Origin: the human T2T-CHM13v2.0 reference genome, Homo sapiens
NCBI RefSeq assembly: GCF_009914755.1
Contig: NC_060925.1
DNA: 64,000 nucleotides
Direction: 5' to 3' (one strand)
Of this stretch, positions 27,327 through 40,332 are shown in pieces; the first letter of the stretch is position 1, and each line of letters starts with the position of its first letter. The notes under the pieces are model-generated. The model saw only the letters and a program-made list of their open reading frames with translations. It had not been told where the DNA came from and did no database searches. A program made the translations under genes and the position numbers.

Positions 27327-27617
27327 GGCCAGGCACAGTGGCTCATGCCTGTAATCCCAGCATTTTGGGAGGCTGAGATGGAAGGATCATTTGAGCCCAG
27401 GTGTTTGAGACCAGCCTGAGCAACATAGCAAGATACCATCTCTACAGAAATTTAGCCGAGTATAGTGGTGCACACCTGTAGTTCCAGCTACTCAGTAGTC
27501 TGAGGCAGGAGGATTACTTAAACCCAGGAGGTCAAGGCTACAGTGAGCCATGATCACACTATAGCACTCCAGCCTGGGTGACAGAGTAAGGCCTTATCTC
27601 CGTAAAACAAAACAAAA
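27327..27617 (+). mobile_element. AluJ
   Basis: Full dimer; TSD-like aaaacatcttg / aaaacaccttg. Confidence 0.93.
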
Positions 27618-27829
27618 CACCTTGCTACTGATCAATGCTTTATTACATGAATTTCCTTCTTCTGAATGCATCCACCCTCCAAGATCCAGAGTCTATATTT
27701 CCATTAATAGAGCCATGTGACATTTGATTCATGTTATGTTCATAGCCAACTGACACCTCCACATAGCTTTCACACAAGCCAGGACTTCACTGATGTTGGT
27801 TTGAGTGTTAGTTTACTCTGATTTTGGTT

Positions 27830-28745
27830 TTTCTCCCATTTGCTATTTATCACACAAACAACACTTGAGTAGCCATAAAGAGGAACTTAAAAAAAAATTC
27901 ACCCACATCTCACTGCCTGCCCACGTCAACTGTTTCTTTTTTTATTTCCATCCAGTCCCTGTTCATATAAGACCTACTTTACATGTTTGTAATAAATATG
28001 AAGAATCCATTTTGCATTCTGGTTTTTTCACAGAAAATAATATCATAAACATCTTTCTGTATTGCCAAATAATGCTATTATACTTTTAAATGACTGCATA
28101 AATCTATTAGGTAGATCTACCATAATTTGCCTGGCCATGCCCCTACTGTTGGACATTTTTACAGTTTCCAATTTTTCATCATTATAAATAATGCTGAAAT
28201 CAACACTTTCATGCATATAACTTTCTTCTTCTGTTGAATTATTTCCTTAGGATATATTCCCAGGAGGGGAATTACTGGGTCAAATGACATGAGCATTTTA
28301 TGACTCTTGATACATACTGTCAAGCTGGATTTCCAAAGGACTAATTTACATCAGCACCAGCCATGTGCGAGTGTGTCTGTGTCTTTGCCACCACTCCAGC
28401 ACTGCATCATACCCACCGAAGTTCTTCAGCCTAACTTAATAGGGATAAAGTGCCATTTCATTGTCTTAATTGACATTACACTGATAACTATCAGGACCAG
28501 GTAGTGCTGCTATGTATTTATTTGCTGACTCTATTTCCTCTGGTGTGAACTCCTTGATACCTTTCTTACCACTTTGTATGGGTTCATTATACAATGCAGA
28601 GGTTAACCCTTTGTTGCCACATTTGGTAGAATATTATTCAAGTCAGTTGTTTCTCTTCCCATTTTACATGATTTTTATTGTGCAGAACTTTTACATTTGA
28701 ATATAGTCTGATCACTAATCTTTTCCTTTTGTTAGATTTTTTAAA
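27830..28745 (-). mobile_element. L1ME 3' region
   Basis: gtttccaatttttcatcattataaataatgctg...ggaattactgggtcaaa. Confidence 0.7.
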
Positions 28746-28839
28746 GTACAAAGCTTGACACTGCTCCCTATTATAGTGGAATATTTAATTTGGATCCAAT
28801 AGTCGCAACTATGTGAAATTATTTTATTCCTTTTTGTAG

Positions 28840-29055
28840 ACTGAAGTCAAACTGTCTGGATTCAAACCCACACTTTACCTCTTACTAGCTGTGTGACCTC
28901 AAGCAAGTTACTTAACTTTCAGTGCCTCATCTGTAAAATGGAGATAATAATAGGGCCTACCTCAAAGGACTGCTTGAGAATTAAATGTTAAAATGTAAGG
29001 CACTTAGAAGAGTGCCTGGCACCTGGTAAGAGCCCCAGCAATGCTAGCTTTCATT
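28840..29055 (+). mobile_element. MIR
   Basis: cttactagctgtgtgacctcaagcaagttacttaac...catctgtaaaatggagataata. Confidence 0.88.
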
Positions 29056-30479
29056 ATCATCCTGACGATCATCATCACCCAATGCATTTGCTATGTCTCC
29101 CTGCCCTGACTCCTCTGCATAATTTCCCAGTATGATCTCTAGGGCTCCACCCACATCACTCACAACTGGAGACCCCAGCACTTGAACATTCATCTATTCA
29201 GCAAGACTCTTCAGGTGAGCTTGTTCAATCAGTTACAGTCACATCTGAATGTCAGCAGAACAGACAGAAATATCACAAACAACTGTGTAAGCAATTGTGA
29301 AGGCTAAGCTGCTCCACGTAGAGGGCATTCCTTCTATTCCAGCAGTGTAAATGTCCATCCATAAAGGCAATGTAGGGAGTGAGCCCTGGGCTTGGTCTCC
29401 CCTTGTCCTGGCACCATCCTCAGTGCTGGTGAAGGTTCAGAAACATTCTATGCTCGACAGTGGTCCCTGCTTTGCCTCCTGTGACTGGTTTCCTTCCCCG
29501 CAGTCTGCCCCTGCTCTCCCCAATGTCTCTAAAGCATAAATCTCACGGAGCCACTTCCCTGCCTAAGACCCTTCAGCGATGGTCCCCTTCTTGTGAGTAA
29601 GGCCCGAACTCCTTCCTGTGGCCTCCTAGGTCCTACATGAGCTATTCCCTGTCCCTCAAGCCAGTTCAGCTCCGGCCACACCCCTGCCCTCATACTCCAC
29701 AACTGCCCTTCTTGCAGTTGCTCAAATGCCTTTGCTCTTTCTTCTGGTCTTTGATTCCATTCATTCACCAAATATTTACTGAGTACCTAACATGTGACAG
29801 GACCTGTCCTAGGAGCTGAGGAATCAGCACAGAACAATAGTAATGCAAAACAACACAAAGCTCCTGACCCCAGGAAGCTCACATTCTTGCAGAGAAGGAC
29901 AATAAGCAAATAAATAAACAGTCATAGCATATGTCAGGAGGTGATAGGGAGTGATGGGTAACAGGTGCTGTGTTATATACAGTGTGGTCAGAAAAGGCTT
30001 CTCAATAAGAAGACACATGAGCACAGAGCTGAATGGAACCAGGGAGAGGGCTTTGGGGCCACTGGGTACAGGCAAGGGGAACAGAATGTATGGAGGCCCT
30101 GAGGCTCAAATGTGTTTCACCTGCCCTGTCCCCTCCACTTCCCAAGATTAGCTCCTGGTCAAGTAATTCATTACCAAGCCCAGTCTGTTTACTCTGCAAA
30201 TATAGCTGGATAAAGGTCTTGAGGGATAACAGGAAGCGGAGAGCTGGAAGGAAGGATGACAGAGCTGGGAAGCAAAGCCACTGTCCATGAGACGGGTCTC
30301 AGGCAGCAACAACGCCCTGAGCAAGGCCAGGGCTGGGGACCACAGGCTCAAGGAGATGCCCCAGCGTCATGCTGCTGGCCCACCCGACTCTCCCAGGCCT
30401 CTCCTGCTGTGGGGTAGGGGTAGGCGAGTGGGGCAGGCCTGGAGAACTGTGCAGGGCTTATTTTCAGCAGGAACACGGT

Positions 30480-30710
30480 GGAGAGTGTGGGCTTTGGAAC
30501 CAGACTGATTTTTAAATTGTGCATGACCTTTAGGTCCTGGTTCACCTCAGGCAAGGTAACTCACCTCTCTAGGCCTCAACTTCCTTATCTGTAAAATGGG
30601 GATCCTAAGGCCTTGCTCACGAGGTGGTTATGTGTCGGTTGTTGTCTATAAAGCCCCCACCCCTGCATTGCTGAGCATGTCGAAGGTGCTCGACAAGTGC
30701 CAGTTCCTTT
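30480..30710 (+). mobile_element. MIR
   Basis: ctttggaaccagac...gcctcaacttccttatctgtaaaatgggg. Confidence 0.75.
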
Positions 30711-31719
30711 GTTGTCTTCATCTCAGAGGCCCTGGGCTATGGACCCTGCAGCTTGTATGAGGATAAAGGACTGTGAAACAACTCCTATCATGTAACGGCA
30801 TCCACAGGGGAAGGACAGGGATGCCATCTGTCCACCGCCAAATCTCCAAATCAGAATCTCCTACCTAATGCGGTAAGTGCTTTTCTCTCCTGCTGTTAAA
30901 ATGAAATATCAGTGGGTTCAACTCTCAGTTATTCACATTAATGAAGGAAAAGGTAGAAAGAATAATCCAAAACAGTGGTTAATCACTCCTGAGTTATTCA
31001 TTAATGGCAAGAGGTGGGACTGAAATATTCAATTTGACACTTCTGTTTGGAAGTGTTCTCTCCCCACTGATGCTGGGCTCATGGGTTGGGAAATAAGTCA
31101 CCCCAAGGAAGAGGTGGCAGAAAGGCATGCATCCCCTAAACCTCTAGGGCTGGGGTCAGTGGAGGAAGCTCCAACAGGGTCACCTGACCCAAGGGCACAG
31201 GAAGGAGACAGATATGCATGTCCAGCTACGGTCCCTACCAGAGCAGCAGTTGAAGGACAACCCTCTCCCCTTCTATCCACACGGGAGAAATCACATCCAG
31301 GTCCCCACCCAGTGGTTCTTCGGTACCAAGGGATCCATCCTGGGAGGGGCTGGGAGTGGGCTGGCAGTGGTCCTGAGCTAGCCATGTTTGGGGGTCTCTG
31401 GGCCCCCCTGCCTTGAGCACGGTTATGGGAGGCAGGGTCAAGCCTGGGGCACCCTGCTGCTTCCCGTGAAAAGGGTGTTTATCAGCTAAAGACCTGTGCT
31501 AATAAGTGTTAAATAGAGTTCAATGCAGAAAATTGAGAAGTAATGAGACTTGGAGCCAAGAGAATAAATTAACAGGTGATCACATGGTAAAGAGTCCCCA
31601 CCTGAATGCTGAAAAGGAGGAATCCTGACCATCAGAGAGCTCTGGGTCAGAGAACAGGTTGGAATGATAAGTACACCTCAACTGAGGCTAAGGGGTGGTT
31701 AGGAGCAATTAAGCAGTTA

Positions 31720-31900
31720 CCATATTTCATCGGTTCTAGGGTGCAAGCTTTTCCATATTTTAATATCTCTGAAATTAGGATGTGTCTTATAGTCAATGGC
31801 ATGTCACACTTTAATTGGCAGCATTTTTTTCTTTCTTAATGGTACATCAACTAAAGCTGGATCTTACGACTGGGGGCATCTTAGAGTCAAAGAAATATGG
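31720..31900 (+). mobile_element. MER104 (TcMar-Tc2 MITE), full length
   Basis: Terminal inverted repeats ccatatttc...gaaatatgg flanked by TA on both sides. Confidence 0.85.
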
Positions 31901-32044
31901 TATCAGGTACCTTGAGCCTAAATCTCTTTTCTTGCCTGGGCCTTTCACATGGGGCAAGACGATCATTTATCCATTCACTTGTTTAATCGGTATTTATTGA
32001 GCACCTACTATGTGTCTGACCCTGGGCTAGGCACAACTGTGAAG

Positions 32045-32300
32045 AGTGATCCTAATAGCTTACACATCCACTTAGTGAGTGTTTATTCTATGCCAGGCAT
32101 TATTAGGAGCACTTGATGTGTTACCCCATTTCTTCCCTACAACAATCCCATGGAGTAGGGTTTATTATTCTTATTGTCCTCCTATGATAAGGGGTCAGAG
32201 GAGGTTAAGTGACTTGCTCAAAGTCACATGCTGGCTACTATCTGGACGAGTTGGGAGTCAAGTCTTCCTTTAGACCCTGAGCTCTGACTTCAGTGCTCTA
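32045..32300 (-). mobile_element. MIR
   Basis: gaggttaagtgacttgctcaaagtcaca. Confidence 0.75.
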
Positions 32301-32671
32301 TTGAGCGTTCTTCCTGTCCAGAAGCACACACAAGAGTAGAGAAGGTAAACAAGGAACAGAAAATACACGAGTGATGCACATGATAGAAGGAGAAGTGCAG
32401 GGAGCCAAGAGGTAATAGAATAGGGCTGTTGTACACAGGGGCAGCCTCTTGGATTTAGTTTAGGCAGAGAACAGAAGAGAAGAGTTGGGTGGTAGTGGTG
32501 AGGTGGTTCAGGAGAGGGGACTCAGTGTGTTTGAAAGACAAGTGGGAAGACAGAGTATGGTGCATCTGAGAACTGGAAGGGGATGGAGGTAGGGCTCATG
32601 CCGGAGGTTTTGATGGCCAGGTAAGGAGTCTGGACTCCATCCTGGAAGCAATTAAATGGTTGGGGATTTCC

Positions 32672-32980
32672 ATTGTTGTTGTTGGTTTGGTTTGTTTGTT
32701 TGAGACAGAATCTTGTTCTGTTGCCCAGGCTGGAGTGCAGTGGCGCAATCACAGCTCACTCCAGCCTCAACCCCCTGGGCTCTAGTGATCCTCCTGCCTG
32801 AGCCTCCTGAACAGGTAGGGCTACGGGTACATACCACCATGCCTAGCTAATTTTCTTTTTAATATTTTGTAGAGATGGAGTTTTGCTATGTTACCCAGGC
32901 TGGTCTCAAACTCCTGTCCTCAAATGATCCTCTGGCCTTGGCCTCCCAAAGTACTAGGATTACAGGTGTAAGCCACCACA
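32672..32980 (-). mobile_element. AluJ
   Basis: Reverse Alu dimer with TTTG-type tail. Confidence 0.92.
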
Positions 32981-33524
32981 CTCGAAGGATTTAAAGGGCT
33001 AAACCCTTTAACCCAATTAAAGGGTTTCAAGTGAAAGCTCTCTGAGATCTTTGCTCCCAAGCATCCAATGAATCTCTGAATCTTTTGTTGGATAGTGAAT
33101 GACCACAGACTCCCAAGAGGACGGTTCTGAAGTAAAGCTCCAAAACCTTCAAGTTGTTCAAGTTGAGTACTGCGAAAGTATGCCCAGGCAGAGGGGTGAT
33201 AAGGATTAGAACCCAGCCTATACGCTATCCACTGAGCCATATGCTCACAGGACAGGGTCTTCTCAGAGTAGCCACTTTTGTGTTGTACAAAAGCCTTATA
33301 TAGACTAGTAGGGATCCAGGTCAGGAGATGCAAGCAATAGCTACCATTGCAGGACTCCTACTGTGTGGCAGGCCCTAGACTAAGGTATCATGGTGGCAGA
33401 GAAAACAAAAAAGTAAGTGATAGTTCTTGCCCTCGGAGAGCCACAAGATTTGACCAAAGGTTTTGTCAGGGGAAAGAATTGGGTTTTTTTCACTCCCATA
33501 AAACCCACCATGCCTTGTTATATT

Positions 33525-34125
33525 AGCTTCCTTTTACTGAGTGCCTACTATGTGCCAAATGTCACCCTAGATTCTTTCTAGACCTTGTCATTCATGCTCA
33601 CAGTCCTCTTGAAATGGAGAGAAAATTACCCCATTTTTCATAGGAGGAGTCTGAGAGGTGTAGTTCCTTATCTAAGGGCATACACTGGGGATATGGCAGA
33701 GCTCAAACTTGATCTCCAGAAACCTAACCGGGCATGAGAGCAATTTTCTCCACGTGGTAGACGAATTGGTTGTTTTTGAATAGCATCTCTGTGCCAGGCA
33801 CTTGTCACGCACTGACTCTTTAATCCTCATTACAACCTATTAAAGTGGGCATTATAGTTTCTGTTTTGCAAAAAAATCATTTCAGGGAGGTTGGGAGACT
33901 TGCCCAAGGTCTCACAGCCAGCCTGAGGGAAAGCTAGGGTTTGGATCCACATCTCCTGTCTCCTGGGCTTATGCCCTTACTTCTCTCCCAACATTTTTAG
34001 GTTTCAGAGCTCCTTGAATGTAGGGGCCACTTCTTATTCTTTCTTGTATCCTCAAAGCCTACTTTGGGACTGATATATAGCAGGTGTTCAGTAAATATTT
34101 GTTGAATGAATGAAGAATGAATGAA
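33525..34125. mobile_element. Two minus-strand MIRs and a plus-strand L2 3' end
   Basis: tactgagtgcctactatgtgcc; acttgcccaaggtctcacagc; aatatttgttgaatgaatgaa. Confidence 0.7.
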
Positions 34126-35884
34126 TGGGGACAGAGAAGTGAAGCAGAGGTACACTGTATCTGCAAGCAGGCAGCTGCGTGAGAATGCTCCTTCCTCCTC
34201 ATCACTGTTTCTCCTGACACCCTGACAGGAAGACGGTCATGGCACTAGAGTTTGGCATAATATCATCTTAAAGCTATGTTAATACTCTTCCCCAAAGGGG
34301 TAAAATATTACTATGCATGATGAACTATTTGTGGGATTATTGAGGACGTGATATGAAAATCATCCTGATTCTCCACTTATTGAGAAGTGCTGCCCAATTT
34401 GTCTCAAATGTCACGTCTCTATGTATTAATTTGCTACTCCACAGTACTGATTAAAATGAATGTTCTCCAACTCCCAAGGCAGAGCCATCGGAAATGGAAC
34501 AGGTTCACTCAGGAAGCACACACCATCCCTCCTGAGCGGAGGAAATGGACATCTATCACCTCCCTCCCTGGAGGAGGGCATTGGCCTGCTGTTCTGCTGT
34601 TCTGGCCTGGAGTGGCTTAAATGCTGCAAATTGCATATTCAGTGTATGTCTATCTATATATATGTGATCAAATGGCTTCCATTAGCCCAATTTTGAGATG
34701 TCTGCATCATGTCCCAGAATTGGGGAACTCTTTTGGAATGAGGAAATTGTCTGAGAGGCTGAGGCCGAGAGAGAGAATCAGCAGGTCTAATTACAGGAAA
34801 AAACAAAACCAGGAAAGGCCCATTTCTCCCATGTACTTGCTTCCAATTCCATCTCTGGACCCCAATTTATCTGCGTGCACAGTGGCATGATCACCTCCAA
34901 CCCTACTCCCACCTCCAAACATCACAGAAGCACACTGTGTTCTGAGGCTTGCTCCTAACCTGCGTCTCCTGGAACAGCAAAACGGGCAGCTCTGGCTCCA
35001 TCTGTCCATCCCTCACAGATGAGTCTGTCTACCCTGTTGCAACACGCTGTGGTCCTTATACAGAGATGATATTACCGATCTTCCATTGGTAGCAAAAGCA
35101 TACCAGGGTTTTGTCTTTTTTTTTCCAGAAGTGACACTAAGTGGAGCATGTCTTCTTTCTCCCTGCTCCCCTTTGGGAGGGGAGATAGACTAGGGAGAGA
35201 GCACAAATCGTGACAATGAAAATGAAGCTTGGATGAAAGTCAAGGACTGCACACAATATGTGCCCAGTAAATATTAGCTCAATGAACGAAGAAATCTCTA
35301 CCATCAACTTAATGTGTGAGGTCAACCTCTCTGGGCTGTTTTTTTAGGTGAACTAGGGGATCGGGGTGGCCACAGGGCATCTGTAAACTCCCTGTGAATC
35401 TTATGGAAGAGTTGTATTTGTGTGAGTACGTGTACATGCATGTATGTGTGTGTGTCACAGTTTTCAAATCCATGACCTCAAAAGCCTAGGGCCTATTTGA
35501 CTTCTTACTAGGACCCTTAGCTCTAAAGCCAACATCTCTGATACAAAGAGAAGAGGCCATGAACAGACTAAGTTCCTGGTTTGGCCTCATTAGCTCCCAT
35601 CCACCAAGTGACAAAACCTGAGACTTCATCCCTATCCAATGGACACAGGCTCAAGCAGTGCCAGAGGCTCATGAATATGAAGAACACTCTGCTTCTTCCC
35701 TCCAAAAGCCACCGTCTGGCTGTAAAGCTAGACACACCACGAACAGCTGGATTAAGGATTTTATGCAAACTCTGGAGCCAGGGTACTGGGGTGGGGCTGG
35801 GATTGTGAACTATGAAGTTGACATATTCCTTCCATCCCCTGAAATAATCCCAGTCAAGTAAGGTTAGGATGAGAGTGACTTAAT

Positions 35885-36150
35885 TAATTAGCTGACATTT
35901 ATCAAGCGCTGACAATTTGCCAGGTCCCATACTGAGCACATCTTGTGACTTGTGCATTCTCTTCCTTAATCCTCACAACAGCTCTAAGAAGTATTATTCT
36001 TATCCTGATTTTATAGGCACAGAGGCTGGAGCTCAATGAAATGACATAACTTGTCCAAGGTCAACCAGCAAGTGAGTGGCAAGATAGGATTTGATTCCAG
36101 GTGTCTGAATTCAGAACCTGAGATCTTAATTCTTGTACTATGCCACCTTT
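35885..36150 (-). mobile_element. MIR
   Basis: taatcctcacaaca...taacttgtccaaggtca...ggatttgattccagg. Confidence 0.8.
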
Positions 36151-36834
36151 CCCCTTATGGTTACCAAGGAGTCCACAAAAAATAAGGGAAAATAAGGGTA
36201 CCTCATCCTTCTAAGATTCTTCATAGAGATCATTAGTGGAATAGAACAGGTCTGATTTTTAAGGAAGCCTATAGTTTGATAGTGAGATGTCCAGATCACA
36301 GTTAGACTTAGCTAAACAAAGAAATACCTGTTTTGAGAGCTAGAGTATTAAGTAGATCTAACAGACTGAGACCCGACACTCAGAGATGGGCTCTCCTTCA
36401 CAAAAGTGTCAGAGTGCACGAGATCCATGCTGCTAAAATGCAGAGGTGCAACCAGGATTAAGCACTAAAAACCTGCAGAGACTCTTCCCTCATTGGCATT
36501 TCTGATCTGCCCATCACGCTCGCTTACCTGGCGATCAGTCTGGAATAATCGGAAACAATCTCATGCAACAGTTGGGAGTTGTGTGTGGGGAAGGTGGGAA
36601 GTCTGGGGCTAGGGTGAGAAAAAAATGACCAAATGGCAGGAAGACTGGAAACATCAGATAGAGACACACTGGGGGTAGAGTGGGGAAGATGCAGGCTTCC
36701 ATGAACTCGGAGTGACACATGGCAAGCATCAGAGAGCCAAAGACAGAAAGGGAGACACAGAAACCAAGATCAACACATCTGGGTTCCAGGAGGATTTAAA
36801 AATAAACAGTAAAATAAAACTAAAAGAATAAGGT

Positions 36835-37620
36835 GAGCCTTTAAATGAACATTTATCTAATCTTCACACAGAAGAAGCCTCTCCAAGCATGGCACCAAAA
36901 ATAGATAGCATAAAGGAAAAATTAAAAAATTAAAATGTAAAATGAGTGGCATAAAAATGAAAACTGCTGTACCTCTAAAGGAAACCCATTACATTAATAT
37001 CCTTAATATGCAAAAAGCACTTACAAAGAAGATAAGAAAAATTCTAACACCCCCATGGAAGAGTAGGCAGAGACCAAGAGAGAGGATTTATACAATTATC
37101 AGTACATGGCCAGTAAGTGATGACAGGTGCTTCACCTTACCTACAATCAAAGAGATGCCAATTATCGCAACAAATGGGATGTCATTTTCCACCCATTTTA
37201 ATCCATGAAACTGACTTGTAACACTGGCAAGGTGGGAGGAATGGGCTCAGGCCTGCTTGTGTACTGTTGGTAGAAGTGTGCGTTCGTATAACCTTTCTGA
37301 AGACACGATGGAATTATGTATAAAATGGAAAATCTACATACTCTTTGACCCAGCAATTGCACTTCCAAGAATTTATTCTAAGAAGATAATTAGATGAGGG
37401 CTTAAATTGTATGTACAAGGATGTTCTTCACCTAAATGTCCACAGAAGATGACTGGTTAGATAACTATGGTATATGCAAACCACAATGGCTTCCTCAGTG
37501 ATGTTCATTAGAAAGACAAATCAGGGCTACTTTTATTAACACAGAAAAACGTTGGCTTCATTAACCAGATTACAGAATTGCACAGATAGCATAATCCCAA
37601 GTGCACACGGATCCACACCT
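36835..37620 (+). mobile_element. L1ME 3' region
   Basis: ctttgacccagcaattgcacttccaagaatttattctaag. Confidence 0.7.
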
Positions 37621-37812
37621 GTGTGCATATGTGTGTGAGCAGATAGATGTCTAAATGTATATTCATTGGAATGGCAGAACTGAGGCTAGACCTGGGCAGA
37701 CAGCCCTACATGGGCAGAGCAGGACATGGGCAGACATGGGAGTCAGGAGGAGGAGGAGGAGGTAAGTGGGGCGAGGGCTCCTGGGGCCTATTTTCAGACT
37801 CTTTGCTGAAAA

Positions 37813-38282
37813 TGGGATTGTCAGTTCTAGCAACTGAAAATGCAGGATGCTCAGTTATATTTAAATTTCAGGCCCAGTGTGGTGGCTCATGCTTGTAATC
37901 CTAGCACTTTGGGAGGTCGAGGCAGGCAGATCGCTCCAGCTCTGGAATTCGAGACCAGCCTGGGAAACATGGTGAAACCCTATCTTTACCAAAAATACAA
38001 AGAAATTAGCCGGCTGTGGTGGCGCGTGTCTGCGGTCCCAGCTACTTCAGGGGCTGAGGCAGGAGGCTGAACCCAGGAGGTCGAGGCTGCAGTGAGCTGA
38101 GATCGTGCCACTGGACTGAAGCCTGGAGGAAAAAGTGAGGCCCTATCTCAAAAAACTAAATAAATAAAATAAAATAAGTATATTTGGGGTATACTTACAC
38201 TAAACATTATTCCCACTTCAAAAATTTGAATAATTTAAAATTCAGATTAACTGAGTGCCCTGTATTTTATCTGGTGACCCTA
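37813..38282 (-). mobile_element. MER53 interrupted by an Alu
   Basis: aaaatgcaggatgctcagttatatttaaatttca...ttaactgagtgccctgtattttatctggtgaccct. Confidence 0.8.
37871..38177 (+). mobile_element. AluJ
   Basis: Dimer with TAAAA tail. Confidence 0.92.
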
Positions 38283-39893
38283 GCTGAGAAGCTCAGGAAC
38301 ACATCTCTTGTTGCCTCCATGGATGACCCACACCAGCCTGGAAGTTCCCACATCCTCCCCTGCCTCTGGCTTATCTCCAGTTTACCTGCCTGTGAAATGG
38401 AGTCACTAGCCTCTGCCTTACTCAAAGAGTTTTGCAGAAAAGCCACGTTAAAATTCCTGGCCATCAGGCCCTAAGCTGCACACAAAACTTCCCTGAGGCT
38501 CAGCATGTACTTCTGTAAGATGGATAGCAATGTCTGTCCACAGGGTTGTGGTGGGGGATTAAATGAGATAATGTATGTAAAGTGCCTGGCATACAGTCGG
38601 TGCTTAATACAGGTTGATCCCCTTCCCTCCCGTCCAGCTGCTGCGGCCCACGCTCTTGCCCCCGGGGATTACAAACCAAGCACCTTCTGTCATCTCAGGG
38701 TTTGACTACCGGCCTTTTTGATCTTTTCCTTGCGGCGGCAGCAGCCGTGGGCTGACACTCATCACCTGACTTCACCTTTCTCCAAAATCCCTAGCAGCAG
38801 TTCAGTTCCTTATCTATACTTTTCACATTCTGGATGAGGGTGGAGGAGGATCAAACTCGCTTTGATAGCAGACATTTGGGGATGTCAGCCAAGAGGAGCT
38901 ACCAAGAGCAGGGCCCTGATGCCATTTTGAAACGGACACAACAACATCATGAATAGCGAATATAAGGAAACCATCCTGACTGGGGGCAGCCTAGGCTGGA
39001 AGTGGGGGCCTCTTCTTTGAAGCCTGTCTGTCATTCTCCCTGCTTGCCACCCAGCACAAATGTCCAAGGGGACTCTGCAATGGAGGAAGGGGGCTGAGCT
39101 CCTTCCCTGAGAGCCAAATCTTCATAAATTCCTTTTGACTAGTGAATCTCCCCTCCTCCACCCCACAATGAGGCTCAGAGAGCTTAAAAATCTGCCCAAG
39201 GTCACCCAGTGAGTCAGGTACAGGTTCAACCCGATTCAGTTGCCTGTTGAATAAGCTCAACGATAGACATCCCAGGGCATATATCAGGTAGGTATGCTCA
39301 CAGCTGTGGCTGACCCTACTCATGCCTCCCACCTTCCATCCTTGTCCATCCACTGTGGGTGTTCCAAAAGTAAGTGCAACTCACATTTGTCCAGATGCAT
39401 GAATTGCCACATAGCCCAGTCCCAAATCAAATTAATGAGCTTCAGTGATAGCCACAGCCTTGGCTTATGGGTGTCTGACTCCTTTGTTAGCACAGACACC
39501 TGTGACCCACTTTACCATGCAGTACAAAACAGCCAGCCACACATCCTGCGTAGTTTGCAGAAACCCTGCAACAGGTGACTGCATAGAGACTCGCTCGGCT
39601 ACAGCAATCTGTTAGCATTGGTCTAGCCTTTGCAGGGGCCTTGCCTACAAGGCTTTATTTCCTTAGTGCCAATGACTTAGACACCTGACATCATTATGTG
39701 GCTGAGGTGAAATAGGCTGTTCCTTCTGCCCTGTGAGTCTTGCTGTGGAATGTTGAGCATTCTCATGCCTGGACTGCCTCACCTGTGCCAGGCAGGTGGG
39801 AGGAGGGATCCACTGGCCTCTAATTTATCCCTAATGTTTTGCAATCTCTTTTGAATCACCGGCCTCTTTGTGAATCCGATGAAAGCTCCAGCT

Positions 39894-40100
39894 CAGCTCT
39901 GTCCAGTAAAATTTTCTGCAATGATGGAAATATTCTGTATCTGGGCTGTTCTACATGGCAGACAAGCCACATGTGGTTGCTGAACATTTGACACAAGGCT
40001 AGTGTGACTAAGAAACTGAATTTTAAATTCTATTCAATTTTAGTTAATTTAAATGTAAATAGCCATATGTGGCTGATGGCTACTGTATTGGACAATACAG
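39894..40100 (+). mobile_element. MER3 (hAT-Charlie)
   Basis: ttctgcaatgatggaaatattct...agccatatgtggctgatggctactgtattggaca. Confidence 0.88.
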
Positions 40101-40108
40101 CTGCAGAC

Positions 40109-40332
40109 CAGGGGTAAGTAAATTTTTTCTGTAAAGGGTCAAAAAGTAAGTATCTCATTGGCTTTGCATAGGGTCTCTGTCACAATAGCTCAACTCTGCA
40201 GTTGTAGTGCATGAAGACAGCCACCAAACACATGTCAACGAATGGGCATGGCTGTGTTCCAATAAAACTTTATTTACAAAAACAACCTTCTGGCTAGATT
40301 TGGCCAGGGGGATCTGAGTTCTCTAATGCCTG
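40109..40332 (+). mobile_element. MER58A (hAT-Charlie)
   Basis: ttttctgtaaagggtc...atggctgtgttccaataaaactttatttacaaaaaca. Confidence 0.9.
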
